DNA of 64,000 nucleotides from Nitrospirota bacterium (GCA_963796285.1 CAWCKW010000012.1:1088001-1152000), one strand, 5' to 3'; positions 10,300-20,971 are shown, counted from the first letter of the stretch. A program made the numbers and translations. Notes: generated from the sequence alone by a model not told the origin.

Positions 10300-10686
10300 T
10301 TAGAGCTGTTCGTAGACTTCTTCTACTCTGATAACCAGGACTCCCCTCGCCCAGGGAAATAGTTTCTTCGCCGCCTCGAAATTTTCGCCGTTCTTCTGAA
10401 TCTGCCCCGTGCCCCTGATCCTGCACCCCTTGCCCGGGCCATGAGTTCCCTGGACCTGCCTGGTGCCGCAGAGCAGTTCTATCCTGCTATTCATCTCGAG
10501 ATTATCCTCGGTTTTCTGGTACCCGCCGATAGGTACAAGAAGCGTGTCGTCATTGGTCACGCTGAGGGCCTTGACGTATTCCCCCCAGGTGCCCGCCAGA
10601 TGGGGCCCGTCCGCGCCCACTGTTGCAATGGCGATCCATTCCGTTTTATCCAGGACCTCTTTGCACTTTTTTTCTATCTTTGCCAT
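10300..10686 (-). CDS. pyridoxamine 5'-phosphate oxidase-like FMN-binding protein
   Basis: AIATVGADGPH...W, KTEDNL, GPGKGCRIRGTG pattern. Confidence 0.85.
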   Translation of the reverse strand: MAKIEKKCKEVLDKTEWIAIATVGADGPHLAGTWGEYVKALSVTNDDTLLVPIGGYQKTEDNLEMNSRIELLCGTRQVQGTHGPGKGCRIRGTGQIQKNGENFEAAKKLFPWARGVLVIRVEEVYEQL

Positions 10687-10796
10687 ACGATGCCTCCTCT
10701 TTGAATGTCACTGATATAAAATCAGCACAAATGTCAAAATCCCCCTGCGCTCTGAGTTCTCTGTGGCAAGAGAAGATATCGCGTCTCTGCGCGAGC

Positions 10797-11393
10797 CTAA
10801 ACCACGGAACGAAGGGCCTTCCGGAAGACGTCAAGGGGCTGAGCGCCGACCACGGACTTTTTGTCTCCGATAAAGAACGCCGGCACGCCGGTCACGCCCC
10901 GGATAGCCGCCTCCTTCTTTACCGCTTCGAGCCCGGGGAGGTACTTCCCGTCTTCAAGTGCCCGTTTCATCGCCTCGTCATCGAGGCTCGCGTCACGCGC
11001 GATCATCGCGAGGACGTCGATATTTCCAATGTCCAGACCGTGAGAAAAGTACGCCGCGAACAGGGCGGTATGGAACGGTTCGAACAGATCGTGCTCGCGG
11101 GCGAACTCAGCGGCCTGAAGGGCCAGGCGGGAATTGGACAGAAGGGGCCGGTCAACAAAGGTGATCCCGAATGGCGCGCCCATGGTGCGAAGGTTCGCCA
11201 TGATGCGCTTGATGTCATCGGGAGGAAAGCGTTTTGCCATGGGGGTCCCCTCAGGAGGCGTCTCGGGATGGATCTCCACACCCCGCCATTCGACCTGAAG
11301 ATCGAACTCCTTATTCAGCTTTTCGACGATGCCTTCGCCGATGTAGCAGAAGGGTCAGATGTAATCGGAATAGATCTGAATGCGTATGGACAT
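10797..11393 (-). CDS. DsbA/FrnE-family oxidoreductase, selenoprotein (U13 in UPFC)
   Basis: ATG 11393 gives MSIRIQIYSDYI-TGA(11357-11355)-PFCYIG, in frame with ORF 10797..11279; GVTGVPAFFI cis-Pro loop; hairpin after the UGA. Confidence 0.88.
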
Positions 11394-11453
11394 AAGAGCG
11401 ACCTCGTTCGCTTGACGGTGCCATTTACTATGGGGGACCCTATCGCCGCGTTC

Positions 11454-12494
11454 CTAGTCTAGTTTAGGTTTGGGCGTGTCGTCCGTGGATGCAGGAAGTA
11501 TGGGATACATGACCGAAGGCTGGCTCCCGGACGTGCTTTGCAGAAACGCCTCGATTTTATTGATCTCATTTCGGTCCAGGGTGATGCCGAGCTGTGCGCT
11601 CCCCATGACCGCCACGGCCTCTTTGAGGCTCCATATCTTTCCCGAATGGAAGTACGGCGGAGTTAAAACGATATTCCTGAGAGAAGGAGCCTTGAACATA
11701 TACTCGTCTGACTTGACCCCCGTCACCTTGAAGCGTCCTACATCTCCTTGCATGAGGTCCGCCGACGGTCTTGAAACAACGCCGAAGGGGTAATAGGCTT
11801 GTCCGCCCATGTTGACTCCGTTATGGCATGAGCCGCAGCCCTTGTCCATGAAAAGCTTGAGCCCCTCCTTTTCCCTTGCCGCCAAGGCGCCTTCCTGACC
11901 GCCCAGGTAGCGGTCGAACGCCGAGTTCGGCGTGATCAGGGTCGCTTCGAATACGGCGATGGCCTTCGCCATGTTCTCAAAGTTGGCCGGGTCCTTGTCT
12001 CCGGGGAACGCCTTCGCGAACAGGGTAACATACTCCGGCATGCTTTTGATCGTCTCTATTACCCGCGTCGGCGTATTATTCATTTCCACCGACGCCTGCA
12101 TCGGCCCCTTTGCCTGCTGCTCCAGGTCGGCAGCCCTCCCGTCCCAGAACTGCGCCATATTGAATACAGAGTTCAACACGGTGGGCGCATTGCGCGGTCC
12201 CTTCTGCCATTTGTGCCCGGTTGAGGTCTCCTGAAAATCAATGCCGCCCATGCCGACATTGTGACAGGTGTTGCAACTGATCAGGTCGCTTGCCGACAAT
12301 CTCGGGTCGAAATAAAGCACTTTCCCCAGGATCACCTTTTCCGGCGTGGCCGGGTTGCCTGCGATCGCGGGCGCCTTTGTCGGTATGGGTTTGAACATCC
12401 CTTGCGCGCGCTCCAGAACGCTGTCAGACGCGTAAGCTCCTCCATAAACAGCAAGAACAAGGATCATACTGCACACATACTTTGCGATTCTCAT
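11454..12494 (-). CDS. ccpA: di-heme cytochrome c peroxidase
   Basis: CNTCH and CGSCH; RNAPTVLNS, QFWDGRA, FKAPSLRNI and PYFHSG motifs; signal peptide. Confidence 0.93.
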   Translation of the reverse strand: MRIAKYVCSMILVLAVYGGAYASDSVLERAQGMFKPIPTKAPAIAGNPATPEKVILGKVLYFDPRLSASDLISCNTCHNVGMGGIDFQETSTGHKWQKGPRNAPTVLNSVFNMAQFWDGRAADLEQQAKGPMQASVEMNNTPTRVIETIKSMPEYVTLFAKAFPGDKDPANFENMAKAIAVFEATLITPNSAFDRYLGGQEGALAAREKEGLKLFMDKGCGSCHNGVNMGGQAYYPFGVVSRPSADLMQGDVGRFKVTGVKSDEYMFKAPSLRNIVLTPPYFHSGKIWSLKEAVAVMGSAQLGITLDRNEINKIEAFLQSTSGSQPSVMYPILPASTDDTPKPKLD

Positions 12495-12951
12495 AGCGAT
12501 ACCTCCTCGGATGCTTTGCTCGTTCGATAATGCATGCCGTAACAGTGCTATGCGGATGCGCATGCATGAGGGACCGGGCTTCTGATGAAGCCGAAAGCAT
12601 AGCATGTTTTCAGTTTAGCACAATATTTTCAAGGCCGGGAACACGGCGTTTGCTGCATCGGACAAAAGTAGCAGAATAATCCTGTCCAACGTACACCTTG
12701 TTAATGATCGTTACACAATCCTGTATTCATAAATGACTTTGCGACCTGTCCTTTTTTGCATCGATATTCGCTGCTTTGAAGGGCGAACAATTCCCCCCTG
12801 ATATGCCGTCTTTCCGGAGAGCTGCGGATGAATTTCACTCCATCCGGAAATCCGGATACCCTTGAAAGACCCCATGGTCCAGGACCAGGGTCCGGTCCTG
12901 TAGATTATCTGGAGGCTTTTATCTTTCATGGTATTACGTTGAGCCGTCCTA

Positions 12952-14265
12952 TTAATTAAACCCCATGCCGATCGAAAACGTCACAAACGTACCCATGAAT
13001 TCATCGTTATTGCCCACGGCCAGCCCTACGCCCGGCAGGTTGATGAGATTGATAAAATAGTTTGCGCCGACACCGTACGCATTGTAGTAATTTCGCGTTC
13101 CTGCAAAGAACGGCTTATAGGTTCCGTAATCCACGAACGGCGCGACGGTGACTGTGCCGTGCCCCCAATGCGCGATGGGGATCTGGTAGTCAATGGAGCC
13201 TGCTGCCGCTTGACGCGACCAAAGGCCCGAGGGCTGGATTCCGCGGAATCCTTTGACTCGTCCATAAGTAGCCACATCGCCGATGGCAACATCCGAGGAC
13301 TGAGACGAGGCCTGCAGACCAAGCTGAAGAGCATGCTTTCCGAACAGCAGATGGTCCCATTCAAGCCGCGCGGTCTCACTGGAAACCTTGTCCAGGTCAT
13401 CGGTTCGGCGCACCTGTCGATTCCAGGAGATACTTGCCGAGAACCCATCATTATAGAAAAGCTTGTAGTCGGAGTTCGAATAGGACAACCGTGCACCGAC
13501 TCCCCAGGCTGCATAGTCATCCGGGTACGCGAAAGCCTCTATCTGCGAGTATTGTCTGTCGGTATAGGTCAACGATACGGATCCGGTGAAGAACGGTGTT
13601 ATTCGATACCCGGGCGACAGCTGGAATCCGATGTCTTTCTTTTCATATGCGTATATTGTCGTTGTGCGGTGGTAGGCGTCAAGTTCGGTAGACGACCGGC
13701 TGGCTATTGCGTTCAAGGTAACATCGGTGAATCTGACCCAGGGATCGAAATACATCAGCGAGAACGTGCTGCCCTCTGTCGACAGCGACCCACCCGCGCC
13801 AACTGTTTTACCGATCCCAAGAAAGTTCGACTCAAAGAGGAACGCACCGACCGAACGTTTACCATTACTTGAATACGCCGAGGGGATCGGGATCAGGGTC
13901 CAGCGGTCGGACACGGTCACTTTTATCTCCGGCTGCGTTACTGCAACATCCACGGACTCGAAAACCCTGGTATTCTTGATGCATTGACCCAGGGCCGCTT
14001 GATCAATGGAATCCCACGTCCGGTAATCCCCTTTTTTGAGACAATATTTGATCAAGGATTCGACATAGCGCGGTTTTGTCCTCTTCGCGCCTTCCAGCGA
14101 GACGGTCACTTCGCCCAGGTATTCATTGCTGATCACGGCGGATGACTCTCGAGGTGCGATCAACAGGACCGTTGTCGCGATCATGAACAACGTACGGATG
14201 CTGCGAATGAGTGAAGGCCGTTTCCATACGATCCTCACGGAATACACCTGGTGCCTGAAGCGCAA
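12952..14265 (-). CDS. Omp85/BamA-TamA-like outer membrane beta-barrel protein
   Basis: POTRA-like N-terminus, WTLIPIP, ESNFLGIGK, FRG motif, C-terminal aromatic residue; start uncertain. Confidence 0.75.
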   Translation of the reverse strand: MRFRHQVYSVRIVWKRPSLIRSIRTLFMIATTVLLIAPRESSAVISNEYLGEVTVSLEGAKRTKPRYVESLIKYCLKKGDYRTWDSIDQAALGQCIKNTRVFESVDVAVTQPEIKVTVSDRWTLIPIPSAYSSNGKRSVGAFLFESNFLGIGKTVGAGGSLSTEGSTFSLMYFDPWVRFTDVTLNAIASRSSTELDAYHRTTTIYAYEKKDIGFQLSPGYRITPFFTGSVSLTYTDRQYSQIEAFAYPDDYAAWGVGARLSYSNSDYKLFYNDGFSASISWNRQVRRTDDLDKVSSETARLEWDHLLFGKHALQLGLQASSQSSDVAIGDVATYGRVKGFRGIQPSGLWSRQAAAGSIDYQIPIAHWGHGTVTVAPFVDYGTYKPFFAGTRNYYNAYGVGANYFINLINLPGVGLAVGNNDEFMGTFVTFSIGMGFN

Positions 14266-14422
14266 CCAAGAAAAGTGAAAGGTTTTATATTTTGTTTGTC
14301 TACTATCGTAATGTCCATTTCGGTTACGACGCCCCCAAAAATACTCGATAAATTCTTTGCGTCACGTGGTCTCCGAGGACACCGTGGAAAGAGTAAACAA
14401 CTGAATTACAGGTATATCACTG

Positions 14423-14578
14423 CGATCTCTGCGTTCTCTGTGGCACGAGATGGTACCGCGCGTCTCCGCGCGATCCCAAACCACGGAACGAAGGGCCTTC
14501 CGGAAGACGTCAAGGGGCTGAGCGCCGGCCACGGACTTTTTGTCTCCGATAAATAACGCCGTCACACCGATCATGCCC
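14423..14578 (-). repeat. diverged duplicate of the 3' end and downstream sequence of the DsbA-like gene (10745..10900)
   Basis: Shared AACCACGGAACGAAGGGCCTTCCGGAAGACGTCAAGGGGCTGAGCGCC...TTTTTGTCTCCGATAAA; encodes FIGDKKSVAGAQPLDVFRKALRSVV. Confidence 0.9.
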
Positions 14579-14610
14579 GGACAGCCGCTTCCACTGACTC
14601 CGATGTTCCC

Positions 14611-15588
14611 TTATGCCGCTTTCCGTTTAATGTTAACCTTCCCCAGAAGCTTTGCAAGACGGTCCATGGACTCCAGCACTCCCTCCTCCATCCCCGCCTT
14701 GATCATCTCGTCGCGGTCCTCAACCGTCTGGAACACAGACCTGGACGTGACCTTTGTCCTGCCTCCCATCTCTTCGAACGTCGCCGTTTCAAGCGATACA
14801 TGGCCCGGCGTGCCTTCGAATTCAAAGGTGTCGACAATTCTCGCGGGCGAAACGACATCGTGATACACTCCGTGGAATGCGTACTTGTTGCCCGCTGCAT
14901 CGTATTGCACAAATCTCCACGAACCGCCCGGCCTCGCCTCCAGCCTGTCGATCACTGTCGTGTACCGTACCGGACCCCACCACTGCGGGACAAGGGCCGG
15001 ATCCATGTGCGCTCTGAACACCTCATATTGCGGCGCGTCAAAGACCCGAGTTATGACGACCTCTGGTTTTCCCGGTTCTGCTATGACCCGGGTACGATCG
15101 ATAGGCACGATGCTTTCGGCAAGTTTGTCGAAAGAGCCGCTCCATCCGGCCTGGGTAAGGTCCTTCATCTGGCCCTGTGGGAGGCCTTCATGCCGCAAGA
15201 TCATTTTTGTTTTGTTGCCGATTGCTTCGAATGTCACCGTCACCAGCAGTTCAAGCGGGAACTCTCCGATCAGCCCGTAGTGCGAAGCCGGCACCACGTT
15301 CCCCTTCTCATCGGCAAAACTATCGGTTACCACAAGCCGCTCCATCGGAACGATCTCGCGATAGACGCCCGTGCTCCAATAGTCCTTGCCGTCGGGACCG
15401 CGCATGCAATAGAGATACTTGCCGCCCACTCGAAGATCGTTCTTGATGACCGGTGCGGTGAAATATTGCGGTCCCCACCACTTTTTAAGACGCTCGGGCT
15501 CCGTCCATGCTTTCCATGCGAGTTCTCGCGGCGCGTCAAAAAAGCGCGTGATGGTCAGTACATCCCTATTTTTAATTGTCGTCGCCAT
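14611..15588 (-). CDS. tandem SRPBCC (AHSA1-like) domain protein
   Basis: Two ITRxFDAP...WWGP...GG domains. Confidence 0.9.
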   Translation of the reverse strand: MATTIKNRDVLTITRFFDAPRELAWKAWTEPERLKKWWGPQYFTAPVIKNDLRVGGKYLYCMRGPDGKDYWSTGVYREIVPMERLVVTDSFADEKGNVVPASHYGLIGEFPLELLVTVTFEAIGNKTKMILRHEGLPQGQMKDLTQAGWSGSFDKLAESIVPIDRTRVIAEPGKPEVVITRVFDAPQYEVFRAHMDPALVPQWWGPVRYTTVIDRLEARPGGSWRFVQYDAAGNKYAFHGVYHDVVSPARIVDTFEFEGTPGHVSLETATFEEMGGRTKVTSRSVFQTVEDRDEMIKAGMEEGVLESMDRLAKLLGKVNIKRKAA

Positions 15589-16096
15589 AGTGCGCCTCCT
15601 TTTGCGGAGAATTCGGGATAAATATACTCTTTAATTAGAGGATAGCACCGGATCGAACCATCGTCAAGGAGGGCGCTTCTCTTCCCGCGTATTATACTGA
15701 CCGGATGCAATACGTAACGGCCGGATTCAGTGGCACATATCAGCTGATGTCAAGGAAATGGGCATCCTTCTGGATCAGAATATACCTGTACCTGCACATT
15801 CTAATATGCTTTGTTCGACACTGCACCTGATATTCGATGCCGAGAGGACGGGACATGCGGGACGAGTGCAAAATTTGGCAGGAAAGCAACTGAGCAGGCC
15901 TCACATGAAGATGTTCTTTTCCTGTCTCTAGACCGTCAGAAATGTTAAACGGTTCAGATATGTATTAGGAATATCGAAACGATGATTATGGTTATTTGTT
16001 AAAGCAGATCGATGTGCATGGCATTTTTAACGAGTCTCTAATGGGGTGAATCATGATAAAATGGCAGGACCCGAATAGGTTTCCTTCGATCATGAA

Positions 16097-16672
16097 TTAC
16101 TGGTTATGCGCAAGACTTTTCAGTTGGATACTGGCTGTATCGATTGCCTTCTTAATGCCCTCACTCTTCGGATCGAAAACGAGAATGCATCGCCAGAGGG
16201 CGATCGCTTCGGCAAGGTTGCCTTTTCTGTATTCGGTCAGCGCCTGTTTTGAAAGGTTCGTGCCGCAATCCTTTATTCGTGCATGGATGACTTCCTTGTC
16301 AAAGGCCTCCTTCCGGTTGAGCTTCTGATAGTTCGTATAGGTGTTCAGGAGCTCATAATATGCCCGCCCTGAGGTTGCAAAATCCTCTCTGCTGAAAGCC
16401 TCGTCAGCGGCATGCCGGACGGCCTCAATTGTTTGGTGGTAGTTAGCGAGCAGCCCTTGGTCCGTCGGATTGTTTCGGCAGGCAGCGGCAGAAAGGTCAA
16501 GCGCTTTTTTAAAGTCACTTTGTACTATATACTGCTCGGCTGACGATCGTGTCCGGTGTGTCGTCTCGGTCGGCGTGAGTACGTTTTCTGGCTTCTTCTG
16601 TGGCATGCAGGAAGAAGACGCCAGCAGCAAGACCAGGTTGAGAGCGATGAGTTCAGAGGACCAATGCGGCAT
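16097..16672 (-). CDS. TPR-like lipoprotein
   Basis: ASSSC lipobox; helical repeats YRKGNLAEAIALW. Confidence 0.75.
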   Translation of the reverse strand: MPHWSSELIALNLVLLLASSSCMPQKKPENVLTPTETTHRTRSSAEQYIVQSDFKKALDLSAAACRNNPTDQGLLANYHQTIEAVRHAADEAFSREDFATSGRAYYELLNTYTNYQKLNRKEAFDKEVIHARIKDCGTNLSKQALTEYRKGNLAEAIALWRCILVFDPKSEGIKKAIDTASIQLKSLAHNQ

Positions 16673-16678
16673 GTTCTT

Positions 16679-18031
16679 CTACCCGTGTGTCAGCTGTAAT
16701 TCCGCTACAATCCGCTTGTCCATGAGCCTGATGAAGACCTTTACGAGCTCGGGATTGAATTGTGTTCCGGAATGGTTTTTCAGCTCTTCCAACGTTTGCA
16801 GCTCCGAGATTGCTTCTCGGTATGGTCTGCTTGACGTCATTGCGTCATAGGTATCGGTGATGGCGATGATGGCGGCAAAGAGGGGGATAGCGTCCCCCTT
16901 GAGTCCTTCGGGATAGCCCTTGCCGTTGAACCACTCGTGGTGATGCCTGACTGCCGGTATATATTTGTGCAGTAACATCGCCTTGCTGAGAATGTCGGCT
17001 CCATATTCGGTATGGTGCATCATTTCCTTGTGTTCCCGTTCGTTCAGCTTGCCCCGTTTGCGGAGGATCGCGTCCGGCGTTTTGATCTTCCCGATGTCAT
17101 GGAACAGGCAGGCGACTTCGAGGTCCTCCAACTCTGCTGCGTTTAGCCCGAGTTCCCTCCCGAGTTGCACGGAAAACCGGGAGACCCTCGTTGAATGCCC
17201 GTGAGTATACGGGTCCCGCGCGTCAATAGCGGCGGCAAGGACGCTCACGGTGGAAACATACGATTCCTCCAGCGCTTTGGCGTAATTGCTGATCTGACCG
17301 CTCTGCTCGGTGATCAGGACCATCATTTCATTAAAGCTCGTTGTCAGTTTTCCGAACTCGTCCTGCGAATAGACTTTGAGGCGTCGGTACCCCATCCCCT
17401 TTTTGAGGTCGTTCACCCCCGCGGAAAGCTCCTGGATCGGCTTTGTCACGAGCGACGAGAGCACAATGCTGCCGGCCATACCCATCACGAGAATCACCGC
17501 AAATACCAGCATGATCCATTTTCGGGCTGCACGCTGGGCATCATGGAGCGCCGATTTATTCACGCTGAGAACGACCGAACCCAGACGCTTATTAAATGCG
17601 ACAATAGGAGTGAGGATCTCAATACGTTCAACTGACGAACCCGATGATTCCGTGATCGTGGTGCCGTCAGCGCCTTTCTGGAGCAGCCGCCCCGCCGCGG
17701 GCACGAGCTTTATTCCGTCATTGGTGATGTCGTTATGCGCTAGGACGCGCATATCGCGACCAAGGATCGTTATGAATTCTATGTCCTGGTTCGATTCTCG
17801 CATCTTGAAAACCATATTGTCAAGACCGAGGACGTCCTTCGCAAGCAGGCTGTAACCCGCTGATGAGGCTATACTTTTCGACAACGCTGTCGTCCGTTTG
17901 AGAAGCTGATCATAAAGGTAATGGTTCAATATCGTGAGTGTGCTGAGGTAGAATGCAATAGTGGAGGTGATAAGCAGGGCGAGCACCATTCCAGCGATTT
18001 TGAATTTAATACAGTTGAATTTGATCGGCAT
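16679..18031 (-). CDS. membrane sensor-HAMP-HD-GYP phosphodiesterase
   Basis: Two TM helices, HAMP (DEFGKLTTSFNEM), HDIGK, HHEWFNGKGYP and RPYR. Confidence 0.92.
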   Translation of the reverse strand: MPIKFNCIKFKIAGMVLALLITSTIAFYLSTLTILNHYLYDQLLKRTTALSKSIASSAGYSLLAKDVLGLDNMVFKMRESNQDIEFITILGRDMRVLAHNDITNDGIKLVPAAGRLLQKGADGTTITESSGSSVERIEILTPIVAFNKRLGSVVLSVNKSALHDAQRAARKWIMLVFAVILVMGMAGSIVLSSLVTKPIQELSAGVNDLKKGMGYRRLKVYSQDEFGKLTTSFNEMMVLITEQSGQISNYAKALEESYVSTVSVLAAAIDARDPYTHGHSTRVSRFSVQLGRELGLNAAELEDLEVACLFHDIGKIKTPDAILRKRGKLNEREHKEMMHHTEYGADILSKAMLLHKYIPAVRHHHEWFNGKGYPEGLKGDAIPLFAAIIAITDTYDAMTSSRPYREAISELQTLEELKNHSGTQFNPELVKVFIRLMDKRIVAELQLTHG

Positions 18032-18351
18032 GCCAATACCCTATTTTTGCAGGATCGAAGACAGCTGCGATATTCTGATAGAATCTGCTATAACCACTTT
18101 TTTATGTTTAGACTAGATTAAATTGTACCACACCTCGTCTATTTTGGCAAGAAGAAAATACATTCCGTTCAAGCATGAAATTTATAGGATCAAAGAGAAA
18201 AGAAAGGATGCACCGTTTATCTCAGGGAGAAAAATGCCGAAAGCCGTAAGAAATCTAAAGGCCCTGCGGGTTTGGTTTTTTTAGTGTCATGCCTTTTCCC
18301 TCATAAGATTGATGATCGTCGAATAATTCAAATCAAGGTAAACAGCTATCT

Positions 18352-18648
18352 ACCGCCGGGCATTGCAATATTTCTGGTGAGTAATCATAAGATTTGTACA
18401 AACTCCGGAACACGGCATGGAACCGATTATTTTCCGGTCCGCCAGATGGCGGAAAAGGTCGCTGAATAAAAACGCTTCGCTAATGGCCATAATCCCGAAG
18501 GGTGACTGGTACAGTAAAGACTGACACTGAGAACGAATGAAACTGCGGCAGTGGTACGGATGACGATAACGAAAAGGCTCGACGAGCAACGTCCCGTTTC
18601 TCACCACAAGATAGCCCTTTTCGCTTGACGGCGCCCTTTAAATGGGTG
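18352..18648 (+). mobile_element. orphan IS1111-type right end with non-coding (bridge/seek RNA) region; no transposase
   Basis: Reverse-complement homolog of 49840..50130, ending TTGACGGCGCCCTTTAAATGGGTG. Confidence 0.8.
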
Positions 18649-18687
18649 ACGCTCAAATGCTCTTTACAACACTGTAACAGGCCGTCG

Positions 18688-19245
18688 TCATGATGCCGGC
18701 ACGTAGGTCAGCAGAACGTTCCCGTTGCCGAACGTTCGCGTGCGGACCAGCTTCAAGGCAAGCCTGTGCTTCAGGCCTTCGAACATCGTCTTTCCTTTGC
18801 CGATGACGACAGGATTCAGCAGGACCTGATACTCATCTATCAAGCCCTCCTCGGCAAGCTGCGCAACGATGCTGCCGCTTCCGAGCACCGTCAGGTCCTT
18901 CCCCGTTCCCTGCTTCAGCCTCCTGACCTCGTCCAGCATACCGTCCTTCACCAGCCTCGTATTGTTCCAGTCGGCCTTTTGCAGGGTGCGGGAGAAAACG
19001 ATCTTCTCCGACTTGTTCATGCCTGCGGCCACAATAGGGTCGGTCCTGATCGCCTCCGGGGTCGGCCAGAAGCCGGCCATGAGCTCATAGGTGACGCGTC
19101 CGAACAAGAGCGTGTTGCCGGAGTTCGAGGCCGCATTTGCCAGCTCCTGGAATTCCTCATCCACGTTATGCCAGGAGATGTCGCCCCCCTCGCCCGCAAT
19201 ATAGCCGTCCAGCGTTATCAGGTTGAATACGGTGAGTTTTCTCAT
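18688..19245 (-). CDS. dihydrofolate reductase/RibD C-terminal domain family protein
   Basis: MRKL...TLDGY, LLFGRVTY, GSGSIV, LIDEY and PVVIGKGK motifs. Confidence 0.9.
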   Translation of the reverse strand: MRKLTVFNLITLDGYIAGEGGDISWHNVDEEFQELANAASNSGNTLLFGRVTYELMAGFWPTPEAIRTDPIVAAGMNKSEKIVFSRTLQKADWNNTRLVKDGMLDEVRRLKQGTGKDLTVLGSGSIVAQLAEEGLIDEYQVLLNPVVIGKGKTMFEGLKHRLALKLVRTRTFGNGNVLLTYVPAS

Positions 19246-19682
19246 GTCCCCCACCTCCTTCCGTCCGATCGCTGCCGTATGCAGCGTCCTCAATTTAATT
19301 ATAACATCAAAGGCCGGAAAGATGTCCCTCTCCGGCCTTTGATCGTTCACGTCTACTCTTAGGATATTCCTCTCATGCCGCCATATCAACAACCACGGTA
19401 TCAAGTCTGGTCCTAGAGCGGTTTCAGGGTTCTTAAAGACTGGGACCTCAATAGGTGAGCCTGACCCATATCAGTTTTCGCCATGACCGACCCGATGCAA
19501 GGAGAAATCTGATCCCCTAGGTTGCCATTGTGAGCCAGAAGCTAATGCCATAACAAAGGATCTGACACTATTGTTTACTTTGTGTCAAAATTTGTCAAAG
19601 GATATGCCCAAAACCGTATGTTCCCGAGAAATTAATGCGTTTGAGTGTATTGCAAACAGCGTATATCCATCAGGTTACGCAT

Positions 19683-19698
19683 TGGTATGGATATTGCT
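19683..19698 (+). promoter_or_regulatory. putative sigma54 (-24/-12) promoter
   Basis: TGGTAT-N5-TTGCT upstream of 19735. Confidence 0.5.
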
Positions 19699-19734
19699 TT
19701 TTATAAGTATGAATTCATCACTTTTCTATGAAAG

Positions 19735-20031
19735 GTGGGCCGAAAGATGAATTGCTGGGAATATAAAAAATGCGCGGAAGAGGTGTTCAAGACCTGTCCT
19801 GCATATCCCGACAGCGGTTCCCGCTGCTGGATGCTCGCAGGTGTAAAGTTGCAATGTGGAGAAAAAGGGTTCTCAAGCCTGGATGAACAGATTGCCTATT
19901 GTGGCAAATGCGATTTCTACGCGCTGGGAAGCGCACGGGACCAACTGAAGCCGGCCGGCAACTCCGCAGGATCAAAAAGAAGCAGGCGTACGAGAAAAAA
20001 GCCGATGCCGGGTCTCCCGGATATCCCTTAA
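19735..20031 (+). CDS. two-CW domain protein (standalone or truncated)
   Basis: NCWEYKKC...CPAY...CWMLAG...CGKCDFY. Confidence 0.75.
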   Translation: MGRKMNCWEYKKCAEEVFKTCPAYPDSGSRCWMLAGVKLQCGEKGFSSLDEQIAYCGKCDFYALGSARDQLKPAGNSAGSKRSRRTRKKPMPGLPDIP

Positions 20032-20459
20032 CTCAAGAGGTGTTTATTTTCCGACAAGTTCCTTTTCACGTTGCCTTCTCTTGCAATATAACCGCCCGCC
20101 ATGCCGAGCGGGATCACTGCTGCAAAACTGACCATTTCATACCAGAGAGGCAGGCCGGGTTCGCGGAAAAAAAGACCCAGAACCAGACCTATCCCCGCAA
20201 CGATCGCGCCGTGCAGTATCTCGAACCGCCCGGCGGTGCGCCCGGCGACATAACCGCCGATCAGCGTAAAGCCCAGACCGAGGATCAACATCAGCATAAG
20301 CCCGCTGAAGCCGTGCATGCGTGCGGTAATTTCAGCCTCCGGAATCCCGGATGCCGCCAGCGCGAGGACTAATGCCGTCGCAACAATCAGCGTGCCGATG
20401 GTATCGACAAGCACCCCCCAAAGAATGGCCTTGAATCTCAGTCTCCGAATTTGAAGCAT
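20028..20459 (-). CDS. membrane protein (about 4 TM)
   Basis: Hydrophobic helices; GGYVAGR...HG motif. Confidence 0.75.
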   Translation of the reverse strand: MLQIRRLRFKAILWGVLVDTIGTLIVATALVLALAASGIPEAEITARMHGFSGLMLMLILGLGFTLIGGYVAGRTAGRFEILHGAIVAGIGLVLGLFFREPGLPLWYEMVSFAAVIPLGMAGGYIAREGNVKRNLSENKHLLS

Positions 20460-20522
20460 TACACCTTCCTGTCATTGCCGAATGTCCAGCTGTATCCTCT
20501 GCGCAACGAGCGCAATGATGTC

Positions 20523-20960
20523 TTGATTCTGCCTTTACCCTGAGCCGGGTAGCTCTGACGCGAAAGACGCGCATAGCAATGCTGAATAGATCATAGTTCA
20601 GAGTACAAGACAAGGCAGACGCGCCCTGCACTCGTTTATGGCCGCGATTTCGCAAGAGCAGGCTACGCGTGGCATAGCCTGTATTCGCGCAGCGCACTCA
20701 TAAGCACTGGCCACAGGCTCGTAAACGCTGGGTGCAGGCGGCCTCACCCTTTTAAAGGGTGAGGGTGGAGTGATGCGAGACCTGCATATCAGGGCGGAGG
20801 TACTGTTAATATGCCCGGCATGCTGCGCGTCTAAGCGATGAGCTGCCCAAAATAATCGATGCACATCTGGGACCAGTGCCAACTTAGATATCCTTCGGAA
20901 AACAGAATATTAATAAAGAAGAAAGAGCGATATTTTCAATTAAGTGACCCACTCAAAAGT
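20523..20960 (-). repeat. structured non-coding repeat family A, copy 1
   Basis: Reverse-complement of 26323..26683; also homologous to 24479..24780. Confidence 0.9.
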
Positions 20961-20971
20961 CAGAAGAGCCT

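Noticed and set aside
11351-11361. ATCTGACCC in the dsbA gene as an IS target motif
   Set aside because: Explained by the coding sequence Ile-Sec-Pro.
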